From a virus: 64,000 bases of DNA. The stretch covers positions 96,001-160,000 of IMG/VR virus record IMGVR_UViG_3300037483_001670. One strand, written 5' to 3'. The position numbers and the translations under genes are program-made. Shown piece after piece: positions 8,998 through 18,299 of the stretch. The notes below the pieces were generated by a model, which was not told the DNA's origin, did not search any database, and saw only the letters and a program-made list of their open reading frames with translations. Position 1 is the stretch's first letter; each line of letters opens with the position of its first letter.

Positions 8998-9252
8998 ATG
9001 GTTGTCTGCGAGAACTGCGGTCGAGAAAACCACGATCTCGGAGGCGATCTCACCGGCTGGGCATGCGGTTATTGCGGCCTTGGGCCGCTGCGTAGAATCC
9101 CTGCCGCTCCTGCGCCTCAGCCGCAACAAAACGATCCTGGGAAGGTACTCGTTGGAGGTGCACTCGGAGCGGCCGTTGGTGGCGCGCTCGGTGGACCGCC
9201 GGGCGCACTTGTCGGTGCGTTTTTGGGAGCAATCTTCGGGTCAAGACAATGA
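8998..9252 (+). CDS. Zn-ribbon + glycine-zipper membrane protein (passenger)
   Basis: CENC...CGYC; GGALGAAVGGALGGPPGALVGAFLG. Confidence 0.7.
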   Translation: MVVCENCGRENHDLGGDLTGWACGYCGLGPLRRIPAAPAPQPQQNDPGKVLVGGALGAAVGGALGGPPGALVGAFLGAIFGSRQ

Positions 9253-9575
9253 GCGATCTTTGGCTTTGGCTGAAGGATCACCCTCATGGCTGGCAACCAG
9301 TTCTCATCGTGGTCGGCGTCATGGCTAACGGAATTTGGGGCGGAAAGCGCTGGCCGAAGACGGGTCAGTGGATGCATTTGTTTGCGTGCGCTTGCAGTTT
9401 TAGTGGCGCAGCTCGCATTTGGTTGGATGCCGCAAGGAAGATGGACGATCCCTCTTCGTGGGGGCAGGTCCTCGGTGCCCTCGCGATGATCTTGATCACT
9501 GCTGAAAGCGCTTGGAAGGTCATGTCCGATCTTACGACTCGAGATCCAAAGCCTCCGCCCCTTGAGAAGCCGTGA
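9249..9575 (+). CDS. 3-TM membrane protein (passenger)
   Basis: three hydrophobic segments, overlaps upstream stop. Confidence 0.65.
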   Translation: MSDLWLWLKDHPHGWQPVLIVVGVMANGIWGGKRWPKTGQWMHLFACACSFSGAARIWLDAARKMDDPSSWGQVLGALAMILITAESAWKVMSDLTTRDPKPPPLEKP

Positions 9576-9594
9576 CAATTAATGTCCTAGCCGC

Positions 9595-9626
9595 GCTTGA
9601 GCATGCTTCACCGCTCAAGCATACTG
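9595..9626 (+). promoter_or_regulatory. transposase promoter with inverted repeat
   Basis: GCTTGAGC(9595-9602)/GCTCAAGC(9613-9620); TTGAGC-N17-CATACT. Confidence 0.5.
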
Positions 9627-9632
9627 ACCAGT

Positions 9633-10485
9633 ATGAACCGACTGGACAGCAAACGACGAAAGCAAGTCGTCGCTGCGCTGGTCGAGGGTTGCAGCATTCG
9701 CGCGACCTGCCGGATGACGGGCGTGGCAAAGGGCACGGTTCTGAGGCTGCTTACAGATCTCGGCACGGTGTGCGCGAACTACCTGGATCAGCGGCTACGC
9801 AATCTCACGTGCAAGAAGATCCAGTGCGACGAAATCTGGAGCTTCTGCTACGCGAAGGACAAGAACGTCCCGGACTCGATGAAGGACAAGCCTGGCGTCG
9901 GTTCGATCTGGACGGTGGACGGCCATCGACGCCGACACGAAGTTGATCGTCGCGTATCACGTGGGTACGCGCGACGCGACGTGTGCGAACCACTTCATGA
10001 AGGACGTTGCGAAGCGGCTGGCGCATCGGGTTCAGCTCACCACCGACGGGCTGCACCTGTACATGTGGGCCGTCGGCCTCGCGTTCGGTGGAGAAATCGA
10101 CTACGCGATGCTGGTCAAGCTCTACGGCCCGTCGCGGGGCGAAGGCACGTACAGCCCGCCAGAGTGCATCGGCACCAAGATTCGGGTGGTTCGTGGCGAA
10201 CCGGACTACGAGCACGTCTCGACGAGCTACGTCGAGCGACAGAACCTCACGATGCGCATGCAGATGCGCAGGTTCACGCGATTGACCAACGCGTTTTCCA
10301 AGAAGGTCGAGAACACGAAGCACGCGCTGGCACTGCATTTTCTCCACTACAACTTCGTTCGGATTCACCAAACGTTGCGGGTGACGCCAGCAATGGCCGC
10401 CGGGCTCACGGACCGGCTCTGGGACGTCGATGACATCGTTCCGCTGCTCGAACAGGCCGAAGCGACGGCCGTCAAGTCAAACTGA
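9633..10485 (+). pseudogene. IS1-family DDE transposase with +1 frameshift near 9915
   Basis: HTH VAALVEGCSIRATCRMTGVAKGTV; DDE QCDEIW, TTDG, YVERQN; extra G breaks IWTWTAID. Confidence 0.88.
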
Positions 10486-10502
10486 CCCACTACCGAAGTG
10501 CG

Positions 10503-10666
10503 GTCGCCTCGAACCAAGCCACATCTGCGATTCGCACTGCCCCGAAGGGGGCTATTGCAACTTCACCGAGATGACCCGGACCGATTGGAGCGACCTGATC
10601 GATCGGACTCGCACGCAGAACCACGACATTGCTTCGCAGCGAGCCAAGAACCTGGGCAAGGCCTGA
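10503..10666 (+). pseudogene. 3' part of IS-split Cys-rich ORF
   Basis: continues 7967 ORF in frame after TSD. Confidence 0.8.
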
Positions 10667-10783
10667 ATTTGCGCCCTTTCGGGGCGCGAACTCGCGTCTT
10701 TCGGCGTGATGTGACAGGATGGTTCGCAGCCGAGTTGACCTTGGTCGTTCCAAACGCGGGCCACAGCGGCAGCGAACGTCCAC

Positions 10784-10820
10784 CGATAGGCCGCCTTTCG
10801 GGGCGGCCTATCGTGTTTTC
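10784..10820 (+). terminator. intrinsic terminator
   Basis: 12 bp perfect stem CGATAGGCCGCC/GGCGGCCTATCG, loop TTTCGG, then TGTTTTC. Confidence 0.75.
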
Positions 10821-10859
10821 GTTGCGTTACGTTTGTACGCGTGACACCGTTGCAATGGA

Positions 10860-11048
10860 ATGCGTGAGCGTCAGAGTCGCTGTCCCCACTGCCGTCGCGT
10901 CCTGTTTTTCAACGATGCAAAGCGGACGATCCGTCACGAGGTTCCCATGTGCCCCGAGTTCGAAAAGCTGATGAACAACGCCGTGGCCTCAGGAACAGCA
11001 GTACCAGAGGGGACGTCGGAGCGGACCTTCGACGACGACAGCAACTAA
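10860..11048 (+). CDS. small Cys-containing protein
   Basis: RCPHC...CPEF; follows palindrome at 10826. Confidence 0.6.
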   Translation: MRERQSRCPHCRRVLFFNDAKRTIRHEVPMCPEFEKLMNNAVASGTAVPEGTSERTFDDDSN

Positions 11049-11596
11049 TGAAAGCAAGTTTCGTCTGTCTCGAATGCGGTAGCGAGCTCGACCTCGACAC
11101 CGACTTCGGATGGGACGGGTCGTCGCAAGACGTCGCCCACTACAACCTCGACATCGTCGTCTGCCGGGGCGAGCTCGTACCCGAAAACGACCCGCGCACC
11201 GCCAACGTCGTCCGCAAGGACATGACTCCCGAGCAGGAAGAGCGCCTCAAGCACATCGTGCAGGGCTCGATCGATAATGCCGCTCGAGAGCACGTCACCA
11301 TCCCGACGGTGCTTTTGGCAAAGGGACCTTTCCCCTGCCCGAACTGCGCCGAAGCGTTCAACACGGCCATCGAGCTCGCCGAGCACCGCAGCCAGCACAT
11401 CGTCGTCGATCATGTCATCGCGGTCTGCAAAGGCTGCCGGCGAGAGCGAACGTTCTACCCGGACGCCCATCTCGTGGGCGCTCCTGCCCTGCTCGACTGG
11501 ATGAAAACGTTGACGCAGTGCGACTGCGGCGCAGAGAAGGCCGACTTGAGGGCTCACATCAAAAACGCCGATGCGCTCGGCCTCCCGAAAGGCTGA
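11048..11596 (+). CDS. multi-Zn-finger protein with canonical C2H2 finger
   Basis: CPNCAEAFNTAIELAEHRSQH plus CLEC, CKGC, CDC. Confidence 0.8.
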   Translation: MKASFVCLECGSELDLDTDFGWDGSSQDVAHYNLDIVVCRGELVPENDPRTANVVRKDMTPEQEERLKHIVQGSIDNAAREHVTIPTVLLAKGPFPCPNCAEAFNTAIELAEHRSQHIVVDHVIAVCKGCRRERTFYPDAHLVGAPALLDWMKTLTQCDCGAEKADLRAHIKNADALGLPKG

Positions 11597-11599
11597 CGG

Positions 11600-11857
11600 G
11601 TGAACCACAAACGACGCCGACCAAAGAATCGCCAAGAGCACTTCGACGGGTTCTTCAACATCTTGGGCGCGCTCGTACCGTTCGTGAAGCTGGCGGTCGT
11701 CGTGGCGGTCATCTACCTCCTCGCGCATTCTTGCGGGTGCGGCCGGGCTCGTGGCACCATGGGCGCGCCTACGGGCTCAGTGACCACCCCGACCGCGGCC
11801 AGTCCTCCGCGCTGCGCGCAGCGTCGACCTGGCCCGGCCGGGCTGCTCTTCGCGTAA
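11600..11857 (+). CDS. small membrane protein
   Basis: TM LVPFVKLAVVVAVIYLLA. Confidence 0.55.
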   Translation: MNHKRRRPKNRQEHFDGFFNILGALVPFVKLAVVVAVIYLLAHSCGCGRARGTMGAPTGSVTTPTAASPPRCAQRRPGPAGLLFA

Positions 11858-11861
11858 AACC

Positions 11862-12185
11862 ATGGCAAAGCGCAAACACGACGGCAGAATCGAAGGCATC
11901 TCTGCCGCGCTCGAAGGTCTGCGCGACGAAGCCATCGCCGAGCTCGACGCCCAGATCCGGTGCGCTCGCGATGCCGCAAAGAAAGCGCTCGAGTTCCACG
12001 CCGCCGGCGACGGCACGCAGGCTCGCGCTTTTCTGAAAAAAGCGCTCGACGCCGAATACGATGCATTCGCGGACTGCGAAGTGCTCGGCCCCATCGCCCA
12101 GGAGCTCTTCCCGGACGAGGACACCGTTGACTGGCCCGACGTCGAAACGCCCCCTGTTGCCGGAGCCAGCAAGTCAACTCCATGA
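11862..12185 (+). CDS. hypothetical helical protein
   Basis: 107 aa, operon-coupled. Confidence 0.7.
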   Translation: MAKRKHDGRIEGISAALEGLRDEAIAELDAQIRCARDAAKKALEFHAAGDGTQARAFLKKALDAEYDAFADCEVLGPIAQELFPDEDTVDWPDVETPPVAGASKSTP

Positions 12186-12472
12186 CCGACAAACGCGAAG
12201 AGCGCATGCACCCGAGCATCCAACTTGCCGACGGTCGACCGATGATGGTGATTCGTCCCGCGACCGCGGAGGGAAAGCGCATCGCGCTCCAGACGGCGGC
12301 CGCGGCGATCTTGAGCCAGAAGCCACAGCTGCTCGAGCAGCCGCCCGCTGACGATTACATTTTCGTGGGCTATTTGAGCATGCGAGGCGACATCGTCGAC
12401 AGGCACGGCAAAAAGCTCGGCAGGCCTGAAGCCGGTGATTCTTTCGTGACCGCACGCGACGAGCCCTCCTGA
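12182..12472 (+). CDS. hypothetical protein
   Basis: ATGA overlap. Confidence 0.65.
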   Translation: MTDKREERMHPSIQLADGRPMMVIRPATAEGKRIALQTAAAAILSQKPQLLEQPPADDYIFVGYLSMRGDIVDRHGKKLGRPEAGDSFVTARDEPS

Positions 12473-12474
12473 TC

Positions 12475-12687
12475 ATGGGCACCCTCTTCGCAACCGACGC
12501 CGGACGCGGCTCGATCGCCTTCCATGGCCCCGACTGGCTACGCAACGTGTCGAACAACGCCCGCGTGCGCCTGGCCCGCGGCGAGGCCGTCACCATCGGC
12601 TGCGGCGTCTACCGGGTCTGCCGCATCTGCCACGACGTCGTTCGCGTCAACAAGCCGATCGTCGGCGATCTTCACCTCTGCGCGTGA
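12475..12687 (+). CDS. small Zn-binding hypothetical protein
   Basis: VCRICH...LHLC. Confidence 0.65.
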   Translation: MGTLFATDAGRGSIAFHGPDWLRNVSNNARVRLARGEAVTIGCGVYRVCRICHDVVRVNKPIVGDLHLCA

Positions 12688-12708
12688 GCGGTTGCGCAAA
12701 CGGCACTC

Positions 12709-13107
12709 TCACTTGCCCGTGCCGCCGCAGTCGTCGCAGTCGTACCACTCATGGTCCTCTTCACCGTTCTTCTCGCACCGACATGCCTGTGGCGCCTCGC
12801 CGCAGAGGTTGCAGAGCTTGCCAGTACCATCACATCGAAAGCAGCTCGCCGGGGCAACTGGAGCGACCGTCGCACGAATCCTACGAGACGGGACACTGAG
12901 ATTCCGAATCAAGCGACCACGCGGGTTGTCGTCCGCGCATTCTTCGCCTGTCATTAGATCGACCCGGCGCTCTTTGCCCTTCGGCAACTTAACCTTGTGC
13001 CAGCCGCGCCAATCGCTCAGCTTTCTGACGTACGTGGCAGGCTCCCAGGGCGCGTATGACACTGCACGCTGCACCTCGACGGCATCGCCTTCTTTGAATT
13101 TCTTCAC
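12709..13107 (-). CDS. hypothetical protein with DnaJ-type Cys repeats
   Basis: CFRCDGTGK, CDDCGGTGK. Confidence 0.7.
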   Translation of the reverse strand: MKKFKEGDAVEVQRAVSYAPWEPATYVRKLSDWRGWHKVKLPKGKERRVDLMTGEECADDNPRGRLIRNLSVPSRRIRATVAPVAPASCFRCDGTGKLCNLCGEAPQACRCEKNGEEDHEWYDCDDCGGTGK

Positions 13108-13149
13108 GTGTGTCGCCTCAGTGGCAGCGTCCTAACCGACGCGCCTGCG

Positions 13150-13599
13150 TCACGCCTGGGCCGCCCCGCGCCGGCCGAGCGCGAACACGTTGCACGGATC
13201 GACGATCGGCAGGTTGTCGCCACGCGGCAACCTGATGCCCTTGGCCATGATGGCGGTCACGAACGGCACCGCGCCGCCCACGAGCGCGAGCCACGAGTCG
13301 AGGATGCGGAACAGCTTCTGTTCGTCGAACGCGCTCCGGTTGAACTTGTTCGCAAACTCGGGCCAGAGCCGCTCGAACTCTGCCTTGGGAAGCCCGCGCA
13401 GGCCGTCGATGCGCATATTGAACTCCTTGCCCTGCGTGAAGAGGCGCACGAAGACCTCGCCGTCGCTCTCGGTCGACACAAAGATGTCCTCCGCCTCGAA
13501 GCCGAGCCGCCGAAGACCTTCGTGTGTCGCCCAGGTCCACTCCACAATACGCGGGTAACCCAAGAGGCCCTGCGGCGGCGTCCGCTTCTTCTTACCCAC
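13150..13599 (-). CDS. hypothetical protein
   Basis: 149 aa protein-like ORF. Confidence 0.7.
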   Translation of the reverse strand: MGKKKRTPPQGLLGYPRIVEWTWATHEGLRRLGFEAEDIFVSTESDGEVFVRLFTQGKEFNMRIDGLRGLPKAEFERLWPEFANKFNRSAFDEQKLFRILDSWLALVGGAVPFVTAIMAKGIRLPRGDNLPIVDPCNVFALGRRGAAQA

Positions 13600-13601
13600 G
13601 G

Positions 13602-13919
13602 CTACTCCTCGGGATCCTCTTCGCCCTCTTCGTCGTCTCGGCCTTCCGCATCGTCGACGATTTCGTCGAGAATCTTGTCGACCGCCTCGAGCATCTCGAT
13701 GGCGGCGTCGCCGTGCTCCTGGAGCGTCTCCAAGTCCTCTCCTATCGCCTCGAGCGGTTCGGAGTCGAGCAGCTTGTTCAGGTCGTTGACGAGCGCAGCC
13801 ATGTTTTCCGCGTCCGGGAGCTCCTCGTCCTCGTCGAGATCTTCACCCCGGAGCGTCTCCAGGGTCCCCTGTACCTTCTTGTGCAGGATCTTCACTTTCT
13901 TCAGCAGGCGTTTCTCCAT
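13602..13919 (-). CDS. highly acidic helical protein
   Basis: D/E-rich 105 aa. Confidence 0.7.
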   Translation of the reverse strand: MEKRLLKKVKILHKKVQGTLETLRGEDLDEDEELPDAENMAALVNDLNKLLDSEPLEAIGEDLETLQEHGDAAIEMLEAVDKILDEIVDDAEGRDDEEGEEDPEE

Positions 13920-14544
13920 CGGCTTTCGTCTCCTTCGTCAACACCACCACGCGGGAGTGATCGGCTTCCCACGTCACCACAGCTTTCGCGTACGTCTCGA
14001 CCCACGCGTCAAGGGCGGTCTGGAGCGCCGCCGTCGCGCCGGCCTCGAGCCAGTCGCGCGCATCCTCGTGATGGTCCGAAAGCTCGTTGTCGATCACGTC
14101 CCCCGCGTCGAACTTGCCGAAGCCGCGCGACGTGCACGCCCACACCCACTCGGGCAAATCGTCGCCATCGAAATATTCGCGGAGCTCTTCGAGCGACTCG
14201 AAGTAGCCTTCCTGCGATCCGTTCCCCCCTTCGTCGAAGACCGCTCCGTCGTACTCGGTCTCCGGCACTTTCGTGGCCTTCTCGTAGCGCTCCTGTTCTC
14301 TCTTCGCGTCGCGCTTGCCGTGGCAGGGCTTACACACGGTGTAGTGCCAGCCTTTTTCGAGCGGATCATTGCAATCTTCGCAGCGCCGGTCGCAGCACCG
14401 CACCGCCGCGTCCCGTGCCGCCTCGTACACGCTCGGCCCATTGCCCGCGTAGATCGTCGGCGAGTGGTAGAGGTTGCAAACCGAGCACGCGTAGCCGACA
14501 ACCTTTTCGCCACCTTTTACGACCACTTCGAGCGGTTCCGCCAT
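13843..14544 (-). CDS. Cys-rich hypothetical phage protein
   Basis: CSVC, CCDRRCEDC, CKPC. Confidence 0.7.
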   Translation of the reverse strand: MAEPLEVVVKGGEKVVGYACSVCNLYHSPTIYAGNGPSVYEAARDAAVRCCDRRCEDCNDPLEKGWHYTVCKPCHGKRDAKREQERYEKATKVPETEYDGAVFDEGGNGSQEGYFESLEELREYFDGDDLPEWVWACTSRGFGKFDAGDVIDNELSDHHEDARDWLEAGATAALQTALDAWVETYAKAVVTWEADHSRVVVLTKETKADGETPAEESEDPAQEGTGDPGDAPG

Positions 14545-14553
14545 CCGAGCCTC

Positions 14554-14673
14554 CTAGCAGCAGACAACGACCAGCGCGACAATCGCGCCGATCGCGAACA
14601 AGACCCAGCCGCCACCGGTGCGTACCACCGGCCGGTGACCGAGCAACGACTCCGACTCGTCCAGGCTCAACAT
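14554..14673 (-). CDS. 39-aa membrane peptide
   Basis: MLSLDES...WVLFAIGAIVALVVVCC. Confidence 0.4.
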   Translation of the reverse strand: MLSLDESESLLGHRPVVRTGGGWVLFAIGAIVALVVVCC

Positions 14674-15041
14674 CAACGGCACTTTCCGTCGTGATCCAAG
14701 GGAAGCCGGCATTCTCGCACGGGCAACACCTGGCGGTCATTCTCGAACTCCGCCGACAGCATCTTGCCGCACCGAATGTCCAAAGCTTCCCCTCGCGCCA
14801 GGACAACATGCAGCGGATGGTAGTCGGCCGACAGCCTTCCGCTCGCCACTTGCTCTCGAAACGTACGCACCCAGAGCGCCGCGTCGTCGAACCCGTCAGC
14901 GTAACACTCGCGCCCGAGCAGCACTTGCTGCGCCGCTTCGACACGGAGCGCCCCCTCGACGACATCTAGCACCGCCAGCGCCGTACGCTTATCGAGCGGC
15001 TTCGTCGGCATCCGGCTCGGGCGCGGTAGGGGGTCGGCCAT
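14673..15041 (-). CDS. hypothetical protein
   Basis: 122 aa, downstream of palindrome 15062. Confidence 0.6.
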   Translation of the reverse strand: MADPLPRPSRMPTKPLDKRTALAVLDVVEGALRVEAAQQVLLGRECYADGFDDAALWVRTFREQVASGRLSADYHPLHVVLARGEALDIRCGKMLSAEFENDRQVLPVRECRLPLDHDGKCR

Positions 15042-15126
15042 GGAACTGCTACAATCGCACTAGTACGTTCGTAACTCAAGGCTCTTGACTTCGTTTCTTG
15101 CCGCCAGCAGAGTGGCGCACTCGCCG

Positions 15127-15627
15127 ATGCCGTTCGACCCCGACATCCCGCAAAAGATCACCGGCTACGTCATCGTCGAACCTGGCGGCGACCGGCCCTA
15201 CTTCTCGCACAGCGCGCCGCTCGAGTACCTGCGCTCGAAACCCGACGCCCGCATTTTCGCATTCGCGCTGTGGCTGCCCGACGCGCCGAACAGGGCCGAG
15301 TCCTCCGGAGTCGTGGAGATCGACCTCACGCGAGCGAGCATCTTCGCTGCCATCGCGGCAAAGCACGCCAAAACGTTTTCCGAAGCGGGTCGCCCGAACG
15401 GCACCGGCGGCGACGCGGCCAGGAGCGCCGCGGAGCTCTTGCGCTCCATCTGCATTCGCGCCGAGGGCGCTTGGTCGTTCGCGGAGTCGCTCGCGAAGAC
15501 CGTGGCCAGCGCGTTCGCTGAGGTCGAAGACGAGAAGATCCTGCCCGAGCTCGTGCAGGTAGGCGTCACGGTCGTCCAATGGATGGAAACCATTCGGCGC
15601 CGCCAGCGCGAGCGCCGCGCGCTATGA
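15127..15627 (+). CDS. hypothetical protein with MazG-like helical C-terminus
   Basis: AFAEVEDEKILPELVQVGVTVVQWMETI resembles MazG-like EELVQVAAVAVAWIE. Confidence 0.5.
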   Translation: MPFDPDIPQKITGYVIVEPGGDRPYFSHSAPLEYLRSKPDARIFAFALWLPDAPNRAESSGVVEIDLTRASIFAAIAAKHAKTFSEAGRPNGTGGDAARSAAELLRSICIRAEGAWSFAESLAKTVASAFAEVEDEKILPELVQVGVTVVQWMETIRRRQRERRAL

Positions 15628-15907
15628 TTTGGAATGGGGCCTCGGCTGTTGGAACGCGGATGGCAGGGAGGATCTGCGTCTCGTCAGCCGAATCGCCTCG
15701 GACTTGCCCTCGCCCCCCGACATCCAAAGCCCGTTTATCTGCCGTCCATGCTGCTGCGACGGCCCACCGGTTCCCCAGTACCACTCCCTCGGAAGTTGTG
15801 CTCCGGGTCACGTTCGTCCGCTGTCCGGACAGCGGGTTCCACGACGTGAACGGGCTGAGGCGGCGTGGGGCGAGGGCGCGTCCATTCTCGAACCCAAGGA
15901 AAACGCC

Positions 15908-16483
15908 ATGAACGACAAGCAACTCTACGACGAACTGCTCAACATGCTTCGGACGCGTTCGATGCGTACCGGCCGCACCTTCAAACTCGCGTCCGGCCGC
16001 ACGAGCGATTTCTTCATCGACTGCAAGGCGACCGTGCTCTCCGGCCGTGGCCACCATTTGGTCGGCGCCGTCCTCTTGCCTCGCATCATGGAGATGGCGA
16101 ACGATGTCGAAGCGGTCGCCGGCGTTGAACTTGGCGGCTGCCCGCTCGCGAGCGCCGTCGCCATGATGAGCTCGATCCGCGGCATGGTCGGTAAGCTCGA
16201 CGCGCTCTACGTCCGCAAAGCGGCCAAGGACCACGGCACCGAACGCCTGATCGAGGGCACGGCACACGTCCGCCCACGAGCCACCGTCGTTCTGCTCGAG
16301 GACGTGCTCACTACCGGCGGCTCCGCTCTGTCCGCAGTCGAAACCTTGCTCCGGTCCGACTTCGTGGTGCGCGGCGTTCTCGCGCTCGTCGACCGGGAGG
16401 AGGGCGCCGCGGAGGCCTTCGCCAAGGCGCACATCCCCTTCGCGAGCGTGTACACGCAAACTGTCCTACGGGCCGAGCCATGA
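15908..16483 (+). CDS. pyrE: orotate phosphoribosyltransferase
   Basis: FKLASGRTSDFFIDCK, VAGVELGG, VRKAAKDHG, PRPP loop VVLLEDVLTTGGS. Confidence 0.95.
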   Translation: MNDKQLYDELLNMLRTRSMRTGRTFKLASGRTSDFFIDCKATVLSGRGHHLVGAVLLPRIMEMANDVEAVAGVELGGCPLASAVAMMSSIRGMVGKLDALYVRKAAKDHGTERLIEGTAHVRPRATVVLLEDVLTTGGSALSAVETLLRSDFVVRGVLALVDREEGAAEAFAKAHIPFASVYTQTVLRAEP

Positions 16484-17037
16484 GCGAGCCCACGATCCAT
16501 CTCTGGCGGTACCTGATTCCCAGCTCTGGCCTGGAAGGCTGGGGGCTCTTCCTCATCGCCTCCGACGGCTACTTCTCGTGCGTGTCCGACTACGGCAATT
16601 ACGCGTACCGGTGGAACGCCTTCGGTGACCGCGACTTCCGCGAGTTCCTGATCGGCCTGAACGCCGACTACCTCATCGGCAAGATCGCTCCCGAGCAGCG
16701 GTACGACGGCCCGCTCACGCTCGGGCACGTCAAAAAGTACATCGACGAGCTGCACGAGAAGAAAAACATTTCGGTCCACCGAATGAAAGAGGAGCTCGAG
16801 CTGATCGGGAAGACGTCTCTCGAGAACGAGTTCGCTTTTTTCGAATGGACGCAGGACACCTCGCTCGACGAACCGCAATCGTTCTACTCGACGTCGCACA
16901 GCTCCGACGTCCACAACTTCTGCAAACACCTCTGGCCGCGGTTCGTGGAGGTGCTGAAGAAAGATCTCGAGCTCGGCGCGGCGGCCGCGTTCCTCGCCCG
17001 CTCGCAAATGGGCGGAAACACCAAGGAGACCCCATGA
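16480..17037 (+). CDS. hypothetical phage protein
   Basis: 185 aa, ATGA overlap. Confidence 0.75.
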   Translation: MSEPTIHLWRYLIPSSGLEGWGLFLIASDGYFSCVSDYGNYAYRWNAFGDRDFREFLIGLNADYLIGKIAPEQRYDGPLTLGHVKKYIDELHEKKNISVHRMKEELELIGKTSLENEFAFFEWTQDTSLDEPQSFYSTSHSSDVHNFCKHLWPRFVEVLKKDLELGAAAAFLARSQMGGNTKETP

Positions 17038-17318
17038 GCCTGCTCGACAAGGAATCGATGGAAAATCTGGCTCGAGCCATCGCCGAGCAGCTGCCCAAGG
17101 AGTACGTCATCGAGATCATCGGCGCGGCCGTCAAAAACGCGATCGATCGCTTCAGCTGGGGCGACGACAAGGTCGCTGATCTCGTCAAGGAATGCATCGT
17201 CGAGCGGGCGAGGGAACTCGTAAAGACCAAGTACAAGGAGCAGATCGAGCAAAAAGCTGATCTGCTCGCTGCCAAGATGGTGTCCGACATGTCGCGGCTC
17301 GTCGTTCGGGATCGATGA
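17034..17318 (+). CDS. hypothetical protein
   Basis: AAGGAG RBS, ATGA overlap. Confidence 0.7.
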   Translation: MSLLDKESMENLARAIAEQLPKEYVIEIIGAAVKNAIDRFSWGDDKVADLVKECIVERARELVKTKYKEQIEQKADLLAAKMVSDMSRLVVRDR

Positions 17319-17671
17319 CGCCCGAGAATCCGCGCCGGGTCGGCCCCTCTCGCGAGATCGTCTCCCTCAACGATAAGCTCGTGCCTTGGGACGTGGGCCT
17401 GGAGCAGCCGATCCTCTTTGGGATGCCCGGCTCGACGTGGCTCTACGTGGCCGGCTTTCCGAGCGTGAGCGAACTCCACGCCTTCATGATGCGAATCGGC
17501 ATCGGCGAATATACGATCAAGCTCATCGAGAGCACCGACGTGTTTCTGGCCTCGTTCACGCCCACGCAGCGAAGCCAATACTGCATCATCATCGATCCGT
17601 GGTTCACGCCCGAGGGGCGCATCCGCTTCTCGCAGCTCGACTGGAGCTCCGCCGTCGAGCCGGCCAGTTGA
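17315..17671 (+). CDS. hypothetical protein
   Basis: 118 aa, ATGA overlap. Confidence 0.7.
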   Translation: MTPENPRRVGPSREIVSLNDKLVPWDVGLEQPILFGMPGSTWLYVAGFPSVSELHAFMMRIGIGEYTIKLIESTDVFLASFTPTQRSQYCIIIDPWFTPEGRIRFSQLDWSSAVEPAS

Positions 17672-17688
17672 CGAGAACGAGGAGACAG

Positions 17689-17779
17689 CGGAGAGGGCGG
17701 GATTCGAACCCGCGAAACCCCATATTCGGAGCTTTCACACTTAGCAGGTGCGCGCCTTCGACCGCTCGGCCACCTCTCC
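17689..17779 (-). tRNA. trnS: tRNA-Ser(GCT)
   Basis: GGAGAGG/CCTCTCC acceptor, loop CTGCTAA, long variable arm, GGTTCGAATCC; no CCA. Confidence 0.93.
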
Positions 17780-18234
17780 TAAAAATCGATACGTTCCCCG
17801 TCTAGCACGATGTTGTTGCGATGCGATTCCGGATTGATCCGCTTGTTCGTTGCATACTTCACGTTAGCGGTTTGGTCTGGATCGAGCGTTATTCCAGCCT
17901 TAATGTGCTCGATCTCTTCGATGGAAAAACAGTACGCGTCACCAGTCTGGCGTACGACGCCAACAATAAAATCGGTGTGCTCTTTGGTGTACCTGTAAAT
18001 TCGGAGCTGCTTCCCTGGGCTCATTTTGCGGAGGGGAACGCAGTACCTACCGTACGGCTTCACCAACATAGCTACCTTGACTTGGATTCGGAAAAAGCGA
18101 CCTTCTCGGTAAATAGCGAGATCGAAAGGCAAAGAATCTGACAGGGGCTGAAGAACGATGAGCCCCACCGCCATCAATCGTGAAGCGATCAGATACACGG
18201 CCGCGTCGCCACGCTGGGTCGTCGGTGAAAGCAT
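17779..18234 (-). CDS. PD-(D/E)XK endonuclease (free-standing homing type)
   Basis: RGDAAVYLIASRL...LPFDLAIY...FRIQVK; visibly lower GC; stop abuts tRNA-Ser 5' end. Confidence 0.85.
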   Translation of the reverse strand: MLSPTTQRGDAAVYLIASRLMAVGLIVLQPLSDSLPFDLAIYREGRFFRIQVKVAMLVKPYGRYCVPLRKMSPGKQLRIYRYTKEHTDFIVGVVRQTGDAYCFSIEEIEHIKAGITLDPDQTANVKYATNKRINPESHRNNIVLDGERIDF

Positions 18235-18299
18235 TTGCCAAGTAAGACGCGTCCATTGCGAAGTATGTTCACTTCAGACGGATTTTAAGGATTCGCTCC

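Larger units (their letters stand above)
7995..10494 (+). mobile_element. IS1-family transposon with five passenger/accessory genes
   Basis: IRL GGTGGTGGGTCGATTCG vs IRR (rc) GGTAGTGGGTCAGTTTG; 8 bp TSD GAAGTGCG at 7987-7994 and 10495-10502. Confidence 0.9.

Noticed and set aside
7967-9328. 453-aa plus-strand ORF
   Set aside because: Chance read-through from the split cassette gene into the transposon; low-complexity translation overlapping better ORFs
9901-9920. Programmed frameshift in the transposase
   Set aside because: No slippery A6C-type site; a single extra G, like the extra T in FkbM at about 30009, fits an indel error or decay
13108-14969. Long plus-strand ORFs of 528 and 481 aa (also 32083-33522, 49854-51458, 57352-59247)
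   Set aside because: GC-rich antisense shadows of coherent minus-strand genes or tRNAs
15624-15911. Gene between the MazG-like ORF and pyrE
   Set aside because: Three overlapping frames, none convincingly protein-like; not called
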